Source: Bacillota bacterium | Lineage (GTDB): Bacteria > Bacillota > Desulfotomaculia > Desulfotomaculales > Desulfallaceae | Direction: 5' to 3' | NCBI GenBank assembly: GCA_023439185.1 | Contig: JAEXOR010000011.1 | Coordinates: 233,168-265,167 of the forward strand | DNA: 32,000 nucleotides | Part shown: piece by piece, positions 31,812-32,000 of the stretch | Numbering within the stretch: position 1 is the first letter of the stretch | Layout: the number at the start of each line of letters is the position of its first letter | Made by a program: the position numbers and the translations under genes | The notes under the pieces: model-generated | Told to the model about the DNA's origin: nothing | The model's input: the letters and a program-made list of their open reading frames with translations, nothing else | Databases searched by the model: none

Positions 31812-32000
31812 TACCGGTTCACCTCCACCGGCACGGACATGGCATAACCGTACCTGTAAAGCGGATGCGTCCCGCGATCCCAATTGGCGGGTGTTACGTC
31901 AGCCATGCATCCCGCGGGCAAATACGGCAGCACCGAACCCTCGGCAAACATTTTGCATGACTTTCTTCGCACCTGCCGAATTGTTTCCGGTGAGGCGGCC
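31811..32000 (-). CDS. 3' end (partial, continues off right edge) of the upstream gene of the type III operon; identity not determinable from 62 residues
   Basis: An open frame runs from the window edge to the TAA at 31813-31811 (...GSVLPYLPAGCMADVTPANWDRGTHPLYRYGYAMSVPVEVNR*) and is translationally coupled to csm5. Its position corresponds to csm4 in type III-A operons, but no motif is visible. Confidence 0.45.
   Translation of the reverse strand, partial: AASPETIRQVRRKSCKMFAEGSVLPYLPAGCMADVTPANWDRGTHPLYRYGYAMSVPVEVNR

Noticed and set aside
31812-31883. N-terminal extensions of csm5 (to 31883) and of cas6 (30602-30673).
   Set aside because: Both extensions overlap the 3' end of the preceding gene. 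Internal starts (ATG 31811, TTG 30601) have GGAGG-type RBSs placed right after the upstream stop codons, and the RAMP/Cas6 homology begins there.

Overview
This 32-kb chromosomal window has Firmicute-style signals: strong GGAGG ribosome-binding sites and tightly coupled operons. From left to right it contains:
- the 3' end of a Mo-hydroxylase large subunit, a DUF1858 protein, tRNA-Lys(CUU) and tRNA-Gln(CUG)
- a PHP-phosphoesterase plus FbpABC/ThiBPQ-type ABC importer operon
- two paralogous YeiH/UPF0324-like transporters, each followed by a tail-anchored micro-ORF missing from the ORF track; they bracket a NarL-type two-component system and an output-less membrane PAS sensor
- a Usp-like protein
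- one tightly coupled operon, arsR-hgcA-hgcB-acr3-arsC, in which the mercury-methylation gene pair sits inside an arsenic-resistance operon
- a 4-hydroxybenzoyl-CoA-reductase-like Mo-hydroxylase operon (small, large, medium subunits), next to a decayed paralogous copy (a medium subunit plus only the C-terminal third of a large subunit) and an IclR regulator
- an EamA/DMT transporter with a 23-His tail
- an IS3 OrfA remnant
- the right-hand part of a type III CRISPR-Cas locus, all on the minus strand: partial upstream subunit, csm5, cas6, a CARF-HEPN-CARF protein, leader, a 7-repeat array, a cas4-cas1 fusion, cas2, then a second leader copy with one orphan repeat

The candidates I rank highest for follow-up are the ars-hgc operon fusion, the triple-domain CARF-HEPN-CARF protein, and the directly duplicated repeat+leader unit flanking the array and adaptation module. 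The truncated Mo-hydroxylase paralog and the transporter/micro-ORF/sensor cluster come next.

All calls rest on motifs read by eye from the supplied translations and sequence. No database search was possible.
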